From positions 1-52,953 of the IMG/VR virus record IMGVR_UViG_3300043436_004091: a DNA stretch of 52,953 nt; one strand, given 5' to 3'. Positions 1 to 9,454 of the stretch are shown here, in pieces. This DNA comes from a virus. Its lineage: Duplodnaviria > Caudoviricetes. Made by a program: the position numbers and the translations under genes. The notes under the pieces are model-generated. The model had not been told where the DNA came from, did not search any database, and saw nothing but the letters and a program-made list of their open reading frames with translations. Numbering within the stretch: the first letter of the stretch is position 1; every line of letters begins with the position of its first letter.

Positions 1-2
1 TG

Positions 3-227
3 AGTGATGATGATGATTATGATGATTCCGACCCAGAAAACTCTAGCGCGGAATATGTTCCGCAAATTAATAAGTTTCAATTTGAGATCGAGCATGAATC
101 TGAATATAACTCCTTTTCTTTAGGATCTATTTTTGGCCAAGGCTCTGAACCTTCCAAAACAACACGCCGCAGATCAGCTGCCAGCGTTGACGATTTCGTA
201 AATCAAAAAACCCGTCGTGGAGAATAA
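3..227 (+). CDS. Partial hypothetical protein (acidic C-terminal end, truncated by window edge)
   Basis: Open frame from position 3 (SDDDDYDDSDPENSSAEYVPQINKFQFEIE...TRRGE*) to TAA at 225-227, overlapping the GTG start of the next gene. Confidence 0.6.
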   Translation, partial: SDDDDYDDSDPENSSAEYVPQINKFQFEIEHESEYNSFSLGSIFGQGSEPSKTTRRRSAASVDDFVNQKTRRGE

Positions 228-903
228 TTTAAAAACATACGAAGATTGTTCTAACATCATTGATTTGGTTGTTCAGAAATTTCAAAAAAAATGGCAGTTG
301 AAAGCCATCAATTGGTTTGATTTTGACGATGTATCTCAAAACATCAAAATCCACATTTACAACAAGTGGCACATGTGGGACCAAACAAAGCCATTGGAGC
401 CTTGGGCTGCTCGAATAGCTTCCAATCAAATCAAAAATACTATACGCAACAACTACACCAACTACGTTAAACCGTGCATGAAGTGTAAGTTTAACATGGG
501 AGATAATCTATGTGCAGCCACCAGCAATGGTATCCAGAACTCCTCTTGTGATATATATGCCAAATGGACCAAGCGAAAACAATCTGGCTATGGTATCAAG
601 CTTCCACTTCCAATGGAGAATCATACTCAGGAGGTTAATCAGAAACATGATTCGGGCATAGATTTCTCTGATTCTGTTTTAAAATTAAACGATATTCTCA
701 AGCAGCAGCTTTCGGAACCTCACTACACAGTGTATATTATGTTGTTTTTTGAACATAAAAGTGAAGAAGAAGTCGCTAAGTTTATGGGCTACAAAAGCAA
801 TGAAAAAAATCGCAAAGCTGGTTACAAGCAAATAAAAAATTTAAAAAAAATGTTAAAGGAAAAAGCCGAAAACATTATTAATGAATACGATATAATTTTA
901 TGA
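217..903 (+). CDS. Phage RNA polymerase sigma-factor-like protein with a 4-Cys insertion
   Basis: Region-2-like DFDDVSQNIKIHIYNKWHMWD...LEPWAARIASNQIKNTIRN; region-4-like HTH LSEPHYTVYIMLFFEHKSEEEVAKFMG; Cys cluster between them. Confidence 0.7.
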   Translation: MENNLKTYEDCSNIIDLVVQKFQKKWQLKAINWFDFDDVSQNIKIHIYNKWHMWDQTKPLEPWAARIASNQIKNTIRNNYTNYVKPCMKCKFNMGDNLCAATSNGIQNSSCDIYAKWTKRKQSGYGIKLPLPMENHTQEVNQKHDSGIDFSDSVLKLNDILKQQLSEPHYTVYIMLFFEHKSEEEVAKFMGYKSNEKNRKAGYKQIKNLKKMLKEKAENIINEYDIIL

Positions 904-1952
904 CTTTAACCGAAGAACAAAAACAAAAAATCAAAGATACATATCGAAAAACCACAGATCTCAACGAGATCACTCGAATTGTTTTTGATAATCAAGATAT
1001 TGATGGAAGAAGCAAAGAAGGAAGACTGATTAGATCTTATATGATTGAAGCTGGCTTGAAGTTCAAGACATCCACTCGCGTCAAAAAAGAAGGCATCGAG
1101 TTTACTAAACAGCAAAAAGACTTCATCATCGAACATGCCAACGGCGGATCGTCTTCTTTGCGCATTGCAGAAATTTTATTTCCTGACAAGGAAATAAAAC
1201 CGTTGTCGCTGGAACAAAGAGCTGTGTTTACCGTCATTAATGAAATTAACCCAGATTATTCTCCATCACAGGATAGTGATGTTGGATTAAACAGTTATGT
1301 AGCGCCGAAATCGACGAGCCGAATCGTCAAGAAGATCAACGATGCCACTGGTAGTGAATTGCAGGATGAGAAGATTAATAGGCAACATAAGCTATGTGTA
1401 GATAGGTTGGGTATTAATTTAAATAATTCAAGATTTTTAAAAATTGTAAATAATTATACATCCAAAGAAGATAGAGCATTATTTGAACATGAGTTTATAC
1501 GTCTTACTTGGGACAAGCCTGATTTAACTGCTGACGAAATTAACTTATACATGAATGTATGTAAAGAAATTGTTAATTTAGAAGTTGTAAGCAAGCACTT
1601 GAATAAGTTGAATGATATTTTTGATATCACAAACGATCAAGAAGAAATGAGCGTACGTTTGTCTGAAATTATCAAAGCGAAAAGCTCAGAATATCATCAA
1701 TGCGAAACCAGAATTGAAAACCTTACTAAAAAGCTTCAGGGTGATCGCTCTGAACGAATGAAAAGCAAACATAAAGAAAATGCCTCCATCCTTTCTTTGG
1801 TTCAATCATTTCAAGACGAAGAAGAACGAATCAACATGGTTAATATCGCGGAGATGCAGAAAGCTCTTATCAAAGAGGAAGCTCATCGCTTAGAGGGAAT
1901 GGCTGAATGGAAAAGTAGAATATTAGGAATTTCACAAGAAGATGTCATTTGA
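900..1952 (+). CDS. Hypothetical protein (HTH-like N-terminus, coiled-coil C-terminus), possibly terminase small subunit
   Basis: 350-aa ORF coupled by ATGA overlap; two similar helices LTEEQKQKI / FTKQQKDFI; upstream of TerL. Function inferred from position only. Confidence 0.4.
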   Translation: MTLTEEQKQKIKDTYRKTTDLNEITRIVFDNQDIDGRSKEGRLIRSYMIEAGLKFKTSTRVKKEGIEFTKQQKDFIIEHANGGSSSLRIAEILFPDKEIKPLSLEQRAVFTVINEINPDYSPSQDSDVGLNSYVAPKSTSRIVKKINDATGSELQDEKINRQHKLCVDRLGINLNNSRFLKIVNNYTSKEDRALFEHEFIRLTWDKPDLTADEINLYMNVCKEIVNLEVVSKHLNKLNDIFDITNDQEEMSVRLSEIIKAKSSEYHQCETRIENLTKKLQGDRSERMKSKHKENASILSLVQSFQDEEERINMVNIAEMQKALIKEEAHRLEGMAEWKSRILGISQEDVI

Positions 1953-2880
1953 TTGTAAAGAATGCGGAGAATCTTTCCCCCTATTAAAAAGCCTGCATGC
2001 TCATATTAAAAAGCATGATATGCTGCTTGGAGATTACTATGTAAAACATTTTCAAAGAAAAAATAAACTAACTGGATGTTTATTGCAGTTTAAAAATTAC
2101 GAAGATTACTTTGATAGAGATTTTGCAACATATAAGCAATTAATTGAGTGGTGCGACACCGCTCCCGTCGAAGAAGTTGAGCGTTATATAATTTCTTGCT
2201 TGAAAAAAAGAATAAAAAAGAAACAATTAGTATATGGCCCGAACACTATTGAACTTTTCACTTCCAGCTTACCTTCTATGCATATATACAAAGAAGTTTT
2301 CGGAAGCTATTCGAAAGTCTGTAAACTATGTGATGTCGAACCTATGTTTACCGCTAATCTGCCACAAGCATTTCATAATGATTGTCGCGATGTGCAGATA
2401 TATGTAGACACAAGAGAACAACAGCCGTTAGAGTTTAAAAATTCCAAGAGTCTTAAATTAGACGTTGGCGATTATGCTGTCAGCGGCGATGATTATAATT
2501 ATACTTATGTAGACAGAAAATCATTCGCTGATTTTTGTTCTACTATGACAGTCGGCTATAAAAGATTCGCGAGAGAACTTCAAAGATGCAGAGATCTTGG
2601 ATCTTATTTGTTTATTGTCACTGAATGCGATTTATATAGAATGTCAGAAAGAAACGCTCACTCACCAAAGAGATATAATCTTGATTATGCCTTTCATGTG
2701 ATGAAAGAACTGCAACACGAATATAGAGACTGTTGCCAATTTGTTTTTAGCGGAAGTAGAGGGAATAGTCAAATACTAATTCCGAAACTATTGATTTGTG
2801 GGAAAGAGTTGTGGAATACTGATATGCAGTATTTCTTAGATAACAAGGTTATGGATTATTACGAAAGGAGTTCCAAATGA
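1942..2880 (+). CDS. C2H2 zinc finger plus ERCC4/XPF-family nuclease
   Basis: CKECGESFPLLKSLHAHIKKH finger; VDTREQ...LDVGDY...VDRKSFADF ERCC4 motifs. Confidence 0.8.
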   Translation: MSFDCKECGESFPLLKSLHAHIKKHDMLLGDYYVKHFQRKNKLTGCLLQFKNYEDYFDRDFATYKQLIEWCDTAPVEEVERYIISCLKKRIKKKQLVYGPNTIELFTSSLPSMHIYKEVFGSYSKVCKLCDVEPMFTANLPQAFHNDCRDVQIYVDTREQQPLEFKNSKSLKLDVGDYAVSGDDYNYTYVDRKSFADFCSTMTVGYKRFARELQRCRDLGSYLFIVTECDLYRMSERNAHSPKRYNLDYAFHVMKELQHEYRDCCQFVFSGSRGNSQILIPKLLICGKELWNTDMQYFLDNKVMDYYERSSK

Positions 2881-4736
2881 GTTGGCAAGAAGGATCGCAA
2901 AAATTAAATAAAAAATTCAAGAATGTAAATCAGGAAGTTCTTGATTGTAAAGGTTTTATAGAAGAGAAAAAAGCAAAGGTTCTTTTGTACAAATTCTTAC
3001 GAGAGAATCCATCTTTTGCCACTGAATTAATCACTGGAGTTAGTTTGTTTCCATTCCAACACATAGCAATCAAGTCTATGATGGAAACTGATTACTTTTT
3101 AGGTATTTGGAGTCGAGGTCTTTCTAAATCATTCTCAACAGCTGTGTTTGCTATTCTAGATGCAATATTTCATCAAGGCGTTCACATTGGGATTATTAGT
3201 AAATCATTCAGACAGTCAAAGATGATTTTCAGAAAGATCGAAGATATTTCTAGAAGCCCGAAAGCTACATTATTAGCTCAGTGCATTACAAGAGTTTCCA
3301 AAAGCAACGATGAATGGGTGATGGAAATTGGAAGAAGCAAAATCACAGCACTGCCTCTTGGCGATGGTGAAAAACTTCGTGGTTTCCGTTTCCAAAGAAT
3401 GATTATTGACGAACTTTTGTTGATGCCAGAAAAGATTCTAAACGAAGTTATTTTGCCGTTCTTGGCTGTTGTGGAAAATCCAACTGAAAGGCAACAAGTT
3501 TATGATTTGGAAAGTAAGTTAATCAAAGAAGGCAAAATGCAAGAATCTGAGCGTCATATTTGGCCTCACAACAAAATCATTGGACTGTCTTCTGCGAGTT
3601 ATCGATTCGAGTATTTATACAAGCTTTATTTGCAGTATGAAAACTTGATTATGAATCCTGATCAAAAGGATAAAGCTCATAGAGTTATTATGCACTTAAG
3701 TTATGATTGCGCTCCAGAGCAGCTTTACGATGCCAACCTTCTCGACCAATCAAAAGCTACCATGAGTGTCGCGCAGTTCGAGCGAGAATTCGGCTCTGTG
3801 TTCACAGACGATAGCTCTGGATACTTCAAGGTGAGCAAGATGGCTCAATGCACCGTTCCAGACGGAGAAGGGCAGTGTGTTGAAGTAATCGGGGATTCTA
3901 AAGCGAAATACATTGTATCATTTGACCCATCGTGGTCTGAAAGCGATGGTTCTGACGATTTCGCTATGCAAGTTATTAAACTACAGCCAAATCAAAGAAC
4001 AGGCATCGTGGTTCACTCGTATGCTTTATCTGGCACAAACTTGAAAAAGCATATTGAGTATTTCTACTACTTGATGACATCATTTAATGTAGTTGCGGTT
4101 GTAGGAGACTATAATGGTGGCGTGCAGTTTCTAAATTCTTGCAACGAAAGTGAGTTATTCAAAAAGAATAATTTTAAATTAGAATGCTTTGACGCTGATT
4201 TAGACAATACTCAAGAATATGAAAAATCCTTGCGCGATGCTAGAAATCAATACAATTTAGAATCCAAGAGAATCGTATTTTTAAGAAAGCCAAGTTCTTT
4301 TTGGATAAGATATGCGAATGAGTTGTTGCAGTCAGCATTTGATCATAGAAACATATGGTTTGCAAGCATGGCTATGAACGATGACTTCACTCGACAAAAA
4401 ACAGCAAACATTCCCATTGCTGATTTAAAATTCTTGCGTATCGACGATGAAAAAAATGAAGGAGCAAAAATGATCGACTTTATTGAGCATCTTAAAGACA
4501 GTGTTGATACGATTAAAGTTCAATGCGCCTTAATTCAAGTATCCAGTTCAACACAAGGAACTCAAAGTTTTGATTTGCCGCTTAATCTAAAAAAGCAAAG
4601 AGGTGCTGATAAAGCAAGAAAAGACTCCTACTCCGCTCTTGTGTTGGGAAATTGGATGATGAATGTATATTATGATATGATGTCTACGCCGCAGGAAACT
4701 GTGCAATCCACATTCGTTCCAATGTTTATTAATTAA
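2877..4736 (+). CDS. terL: Terminase large subunit
   Basis: Walker A SRGLSKS, Walker B MIIDE, motif III GLSSA, RNase H-like nuclease SFDP...DDF...KDSYSA. Confidence 0.9.
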   Translation: MSWQEGSQKLNKKFKNVNQEVLDCKGFIEEKKAKVLLYKFLRENPSFATELITGVSLFPFQHIAIKSMMETDYFLGIWSRGLSKSFSTAVFAILDAIFHQGVHIGIISKSFRQSKMIFRKIEDISRSPKATLLAQCITRVSKSNDEWVMEIGRSKITALPLGDGEKLRGFRFQRMIIDELLLMPEKILNEVILPFLAVVENPTERQQVYDLESKLIKEGKMQESERHIWPHNKIIGLSSASYRFEYLYKLYLQYENLIMNPDQKDKAHRVIMHLSYDCAPEQLYDANLLDQSKATMSVAQFEREFGSVFTDDSSGYFKVSKMAQCTVPDGEGQCVEVIGDSKAKYIVSFDPSWSESDGSDDFAMQVIKLQPNQRTGIVVHSYALSGTNLKKHIEYFYYLMTSFNVVAVVGDYNGGVQFLNSCNESELFKKNNFKLECFDADLDNTQEYEKSLRDARNQYNLESKRIVFLRKPSSFWIRYANELLQSAFDHRNIWFASMAMNDDFTRQKTANIPIADLKFLRIDDEKNEGAKMIDFIEHLKDSVDTIKVQCALIQVSSSTQGTQSFDLPLNLKKQRGADKARKDSYSALVLGNWMMNVYYDMMSTPQETVQSTFVPMFIN

Positions 4737-4763
4737 CTTTTAAAGTTAACTTTTCGACTTTTG

Positions 4764-4769
4764 GTGTAA
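4764..4769 (+). promoter_or_regulatory. GTGTAA putative phage late-promoter motif (portal)
   Basis: GTGTAA 9 nt before ATG 4779; the same hexamer recurs before other structural genes. Confidence 0.6.
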
Positions 4770-4778
4770 AATAAGTAA

Positions 4779-6788
4779 ATGGAATCATCGAAACGTAAAT
4801 ACCAAAAAAAATCTGAATACTGGAATCAGATCAGTCAAAGCAAGTTTAATCCTGTTGGTCCAACTTCGCAAAATGATTATCAACCAGAGTTGTGTGGTGA
4901 GCCTTTTTATGTTTCAGATGCATCTAGTAAGCACAGTGTATCCAAGGCATCTTATGGGCGATTAAATAATAATGAACCAAGCGGCAGTAGAGTCAATAGG
5001 TCTGCATTAAATAGAACTCTTGACAGATTCAGCAGCATTCGAAATGGACTCTTACCGTATAGTTATGCAATGGATGGAGTCAATGTGCGAGAAGCTATTG
5101 AACTTTGCCAAAAAGCTTATGCTAACATAGCTATGTTCAGAAACGCTATTGATATCATGGCAGAGTTTGCCAATACTGAAATTTACTTTGAGGGCGGATC
5201 TCAAAAAAGCAGAGATTTCTTCACAGAGTGGTTCAAAAAAATTAAATTGTGGAATTTAAAAGATCAATACTTCCGCGAGTATTATAGAAGCGGTAATATT
5301 TTCCTTTATCGAGTAGACGGTAAATTCCAAGTCGATGACTACACTAAAGTAATGCGACAAATTGGAGATATCACATCTATGGTGAATAAAATTCCAGTGA
5401 AGTATATTTTATTAAATCCATTTGATGTAGTTGCTAAAAGAGGTTCGACCTTTAATACTGGCGCTTATGAAAAAATTCTTTCTGAGTATGAATTGGCTCG
5501 TTTGCAAAATCCAATCACTCAAGAAGATAAAGATATCTTAGAAGGTCTTCCTTCAGAAGTGAAAAAAAACATCAAGAATGGTGCTTATTATTCTGATGGT
5601 TTAAAAATTGAACTCGATCCCCTAAAGCTTACATATTCATTTTATAAAAAACAAGATTATGAGCCATTTGCTGTTCCATTCGGTTATCCAGTACTTGAAG
5701 ATATCAATGCTAAAATGGAATTGAAGAAAATGGATCAGGCTATTACAAGAACAGTCGAAAACGTTATTCTTTTGATTACGATGGGAGCCGAACCAGACAA
5801 AGGAGGCATCAATCAAAACAACCTATTGGCGATGCAAAGTTTATTCAAAAACGAAAGCGTTGGAAGAGTGTTGATTTCTGATTATACCACCAAAGCAGAG
5901 TTTGTGATTCCAGAATTGAATAAAGTTCTTGGTCCCGATAAATACAAAGTATTGAATGAGGATATCAAGCAAGGTCTTCAGAATATTGTTGTTGGTGAGG
6001 AAAAGTATAGCGCTACTGAAGTAAAAGCTCAAATTTTCATCGATAGATTAAAAGAAGCGAGAAACGCATTCTTGAATGATTTTTTGCAGCCTGAGATTCG
6101 CAGAATAGCCAAGGACATGGGCTTAAAGAACTCTCCTACGGCTCACTTCAGAGATATTGATATCAGAGATCAAACCCAGCTTATGCGCGTTTCTACACGC
6201 CTTATGGAGCTTGGAATCATTACTCCACAGCAAGGAATGGAAATGTTTCATACTGGACAGTTTCCAAAAGCCGAAGAAATCGCTCCTGCTCAAGAAGGGT
6301 TCGTCAAGGAAAGAGAAGACGGCTATTACAATCCAATTGTTGGAGGTGTCCCTGTTATTGCACCGCCGAAAGATCCAAACGCTAACAAGGCGACAATCAA
6401 TCAAACAAACAAGGTTGCGGGAAGACCAGAAGGAACAACTGGTATACCAATTACAAAAGCCAATTTTTCTATAAAAAATATTCAAGCAGTAATCAAGAAT
6501 ATTGAAGCTGTAAAAGCCAACATGGAAAAAGAGTTGAAGAGCAAGTTAAACTTGAAAAAGTTAAACAACCAACAGCACGAAATGCTTGAACAGTTGTCTC
6601 ATTCTATAGCAGTTTCTAAAGAATTAAATTGTTGGGAAGATACCGCGTATTCTTGTGTAAACAACTTTGACGAAATAGCTTCTTTATCAACAATCCCAGA
6701 AGTTCTAGAGATAGCTTCCGAACATCAGATTGAAGATGATTATTCAGCAGCGTTATTATATCACTCCCAAAAAATAAATGAAAATTAA
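4779..6788 (+). CDS. Portal protein
   Basis: 669 aa between TerL and the prohead protease; portal-like segments FRNAIDIMAEFAN, YYRSGNIFLY, PFGYPVLEDI. Confidence 0.75.
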   Translation: MESSKRKYQKKSEYWNQISQSKFNPVGPTSQNDYQPELCGEPFYVSDASSKHSVSKASYGRLNNNEPSGSRVNRSALNRTLDRFSSIRNGLLPYSYAMDGVNVREAIELCQKAYANIAMFRNAIDIMAEFANTEIYFEGGSQKSRDFFTEWFKKIKLWNLKDQYFREYYRSGNIFLYRVDGKFQVDDYTKVMRQIGDITSMVNKIPVKYILLNPFDVVAKRGSTFNTGAYEKILSEYELARLQNPITQEDKDILEGLPSEVKKNIKNGAYYSDGLKIELDPLKLTYSFYKKQDYEPFAVPFGYPVLEDINAKMELKKMDQAITRTVENVILLITMGAEPDKGGINQNNLLAMQSLFKNESVGRVLISDYTTKAEFVIPELNKVLGPDKYKVLNEDIKQGLQNIVVGEEKYSATEVKAQIFIDRLKEARNAFLNDFLQPEIRRIAKDMGLKNSPTAHFRDIDIRDQTQLMRVSTRLMELGIITPQQGMEMFHTGQFPKAEEIAPAQEGFVKEREDGYYNPIVGGVPVIAPPKDPNANKATINQTNKVAGRPEGTTGIPITKANFSIKNIQAVIKNIEAVKANMEKELKSKLNLKKLNNQQHEMLEQLSHSIAVSKELNCWEDTAYSCVNNFDEIASLSTIPEVLEIASEHQIEDDYSAALLYHSQKINEN

Positions 6789-7173
6789 TCCAGAAGACGT
6801 TAAAGTGCCACTTGAAAAAACAGTTGAAATTAAAAACGGAGAGGTTCAAGTGTCTCTTGCTAAGATGGCGGATAAAAAAGCCGCTGTATACAAATCATTC
6901 ATGAGTACATGTGCATCAGATGATAAAGCTCTTGTTGATACAAGCGATATGGACAATGACTCAACAATGAAAGCTTGTGCGGTTCAATTTGACAAAATGC
7001 AAGCGACACTTATGGAAGAAAGTAATTCTGGAGAATTAACCCCAGCACAGAAAAAACTTCCACCAGCTCTTCAAAAAGCTATTCTTAAAAAGATGGACAA
7101 ATCATCAGATCCAGCTTCTCATGAGAATAAAGAAACAGAAAAAGAAGAAAAAATGGAAGAAGGAAAAGAATAA
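6778..7173 (+). CDS. Hypothetical head-associated protein
   Basis: 131-aa ORF in the head cluster; LTPAQKKLPPALQKAILKK motif and acidic tail. Confidence 0.5.
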   Translation: MKINPEDVKVPLEKTVEIKNGEVQVSLAKMADKKAAVYKSFMSTCASDDKALVDTSDMDNDSTMKACAVQFDKMQATLMEESNSGELTPAQKKLPPALQKAILKKMDKSSDPASHENKETEKEEKMEEGKE

Positions 7174-7185
7174 TGATTTTTAAAT

Positions 7186-8748
7186 ATGAAGTATAAATAC
7201 ACAGCGAAATTTGAATCGCCAATTCTTTCTTGTGTCAAGGGAGATGAGTTTTTTATTTCAAAAGCTTCTTTAGAAAATTTAAAACCATTACTTCCAAAAG
7301 ATATTGATTTTTCTGAAAATATTGATTTGATTGGTGTTGCTTTTAATGCGGCGATAGTCAACAAGTTCAATAAAAATGATGATGGAATGGATTCGGCAAC
7401 AGCTGCAAGAGTAATTAAAAACTTCTTGCACAAGCCGACTAATATTGAACATGATAAAGGTAAAGTCGTTGGTCATATCGTGAGCGCTGGTTTTAGTGAG
7501 TATGGAACAAATTCTTTGATTGAGATTGAAGAAGCTTTGGATAAAAAAGATCCTTACAACATTGCTTTGGGCGCTGTTGTTTATAAATACGCAAACAAAG
7601 AATTTGCCAAGCTTATAGAAAGATCAGTAGATCCTCAAGACTCTCTTTATCAATCAATATCCACTAGTTGGGAAGTTGGTTTTAGTGAGTTCGTGATAGC
7701 TGTCGGAGGCGCTGATTTAAAAGACGCTGAGATTATCAGCAATCCAAAACACTTTGAAGAAATGCGCAGGAAGCTTAAAGCTTATGGTGGCGCTGGTAAA
7801 CTTGATGATGGCAGTCATGTATATCGTTTATTAACTGGAGAAATTTATCCATTGGGAATAGGCTTCACAACAAATCCAGCTGCTGATGTGAAAGGTTTAT
7901 ATTCTGATAATGACTCTTCGTCTATGGTGGAAATCAAAGACAAAAGAGACAAAAAAACATTTTTTGATATAAAAAAGAAAGATTATAATAAAAAAACTGA
8001 ATCATCTATTTCCCAAATACAGTTAGCGAATGTAAAACACAAAAAAGAAACTATTATGGATATTGAAGAAGTCCTCTCTGAACTTAAAGATCTTCTTGTG
8101 GAGAAAAAATTCTCTGAAGAAGCTGTCGCCAACATGACTAGTACATTTGCCGAAGCTATCAAACAAAAAGATATCGAATATCGTGCATCTCTAACAAAAG
8201 CTGAAGAAGAAGCAGCTGCTGCAATTAAAGAGCGTGAAGAGCTAAAAGCTTCAGTTGAAAAACTACAAGCTGACATTGGCCAAGCTTCACAGCGCATTGC
8301 AGAATTCGAAAATTTCAAAAAGCAAGAAGAAGCTATTGCTTGCTTCAATGCTAGAATGGAAGTTATCGATAATAGCTACGATCTTGATGACGAAGATCGC
8401 AAAGTTCTTCTCGATGAACTCAAGTCTCTCGATTTTTCTGACGAAGCTTTTGCTGCTTATCAAGATAAGCTTTCAATCATGTGGAAACACAAGAACAAAG
8501 AAGTTAAGGCTTCTTACGAAAAGAGTATCCAAGACAGAATTGATGCGGAAGTTGCCAAGAAGCTCGCTTCTGTTTCTACCGCTTCAGAAACTAAAACCGA
8601 CAAGGAACTTGCTGAAGAAGCTCTTGAAAAAGCTCAAGCTTCTGAAAGTGGACTTCCTAATTCAAACGAAGAATCTTCAAAAGAAGTCAAATCACTCAGA
8701 GAAAAATTCGCTAGTGCATTTGATCGCAAAAACATCATTATTTCCTAA
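7186..8748 (+). CDS. Prohead maturation protease fused to coiled-coil scaffold
   Basis: N-terminal NKNDD...HKPTNIEH...VVGH...STSWE...NPAAD protease-like motifs; long E/K/A-rich coiled-coil C-terminal half; precedes capsid genes. Confidence 0.7.
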   Translation: MKYKYTAKFESPILSCVKGDEFFISKASLENLKPLLPKDIDFSENIDLIGVAFNAAIVNKFNKNDDGMDSATAARVIKNFLHKPTNIEHDKGKVVGHIVSAGFSEYGTNSLIEIEEALDKKDPYNIALGAVVYKYANKEFAKLIERSVDPQDSLYQSISTSWEVGFSEFVIAVGGADLKDAEIISNPKHFEEMRRKLKAYGGAGKLDDGSHVYRLLTGEIYPLGIGFTTNPAADVKGLYSDNDSSSMVEIKDKRDKKTFFDIKKKDYNKKTESSISQIQLANVKHKKETIMDIEEVLSELKDLLVEKKFSEEAVANMTSTFAEAIKQKDIEYRASLTKAEEEAAAAIKEREELKASVEKLQADIGQASQRIAEFENFKKQEEAIACFNARMEVIDNSYDLDDEDRKVLLDELKSLDFSDEAFAAYQDKLSIMWKHKNKEVKASYEKSIQDRIDAEVAKKLASVSTASETKTDKELAEEALEKAQASESGLPNSNEESSKEVKSLREKFASAFDRKNIIIS

Positions 8749-8769
8749 AACAATCTAAAAACTAATATT

Positions 8770-9432
8770 ATGTCACTTAGAACATTACCATTCAGACAAT
8801 ATAACGAAACTGACGTTATCAACATGTTCGCTCTTGGAACTGGATTCGTTAACGAAACAGTTCTTGATAGCAGCGCTACTAGCTTCGGAGACGCTGGCGT
8901 TTTCGTTACTATCGAAAGCGGAAACTTAAACGTGGATACCATTACTTATGATAATGCTTATGCATCATATCTTGGTAAGACGAATTATCCACACGTTGGG
9001 GCCAACCAATACCCAAGAGTTAGCATCAGTCTCAAACCTGCTACTTCAGGTGATGCGCTTATCGGTATGACTCTTCGCCAAACCGCAAAGTTTGACGAAA
9101 ACAACGAGAAGCTTCTTTATTACCCACAAAAAGCTGAAGAGCTTATGTGTGTTCTTCCAGGACAATCAGTTCCAGTCGCTACTCGCGGTGTTTTCACCCT
9201 CGCGCAAACAGCTTTCGCTGCAACTATCGGAACTGGCGCTGGTCAAATCGGCATTGGTGGTGGACTCAAGCTTCCATCAGGTGTTAGCGGTAGATTAACT
9301 GGTTGCGCCATCACCGACCCAACAAGAGTCGCTCTTGTTATCGCTACTGGTTCACGCACTTCTGCTACTTCGACTGCCAACCTTGTTGATCCGCTTACAG
9401 GAAGCTACGCAATCATCGGTCTTGGACTCTAA
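8770..9432 (+). CDS. Capsid decoration/cement-like protein
   Basis: G/T/A-rich 220 aa between scaffold and major capsid gene; VPVATRGVFTL beta motif. Confidence 0.55.
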   Translation: MSLRTLPFRQYNETDVINMFALGTGFVNETVLDSSATSFGDAGVFVTIESGNLNVDTITYDNAYASYLGKTNYPHVGANQYPRVSISLKPATSGDALIGMTLRQTAKFDENNEKLLYYPQKAEELMCVLPGQSVPVATRGVFTLAQTAFAATIGTGAGQIGIGGGLKLPSGVSGRLTGCAITDPTRVALVIATGSRTSATSTANLVDPLTGSYAIIGLGL

Positions 9433-9454
9433 TCTAACCTAGAAAAATTTAAAT

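Noticed and set aside
1-26. GAT trinucleotide repeat
   Set aside because: It encodes a poly-Asp stretch of the truncated ORF.
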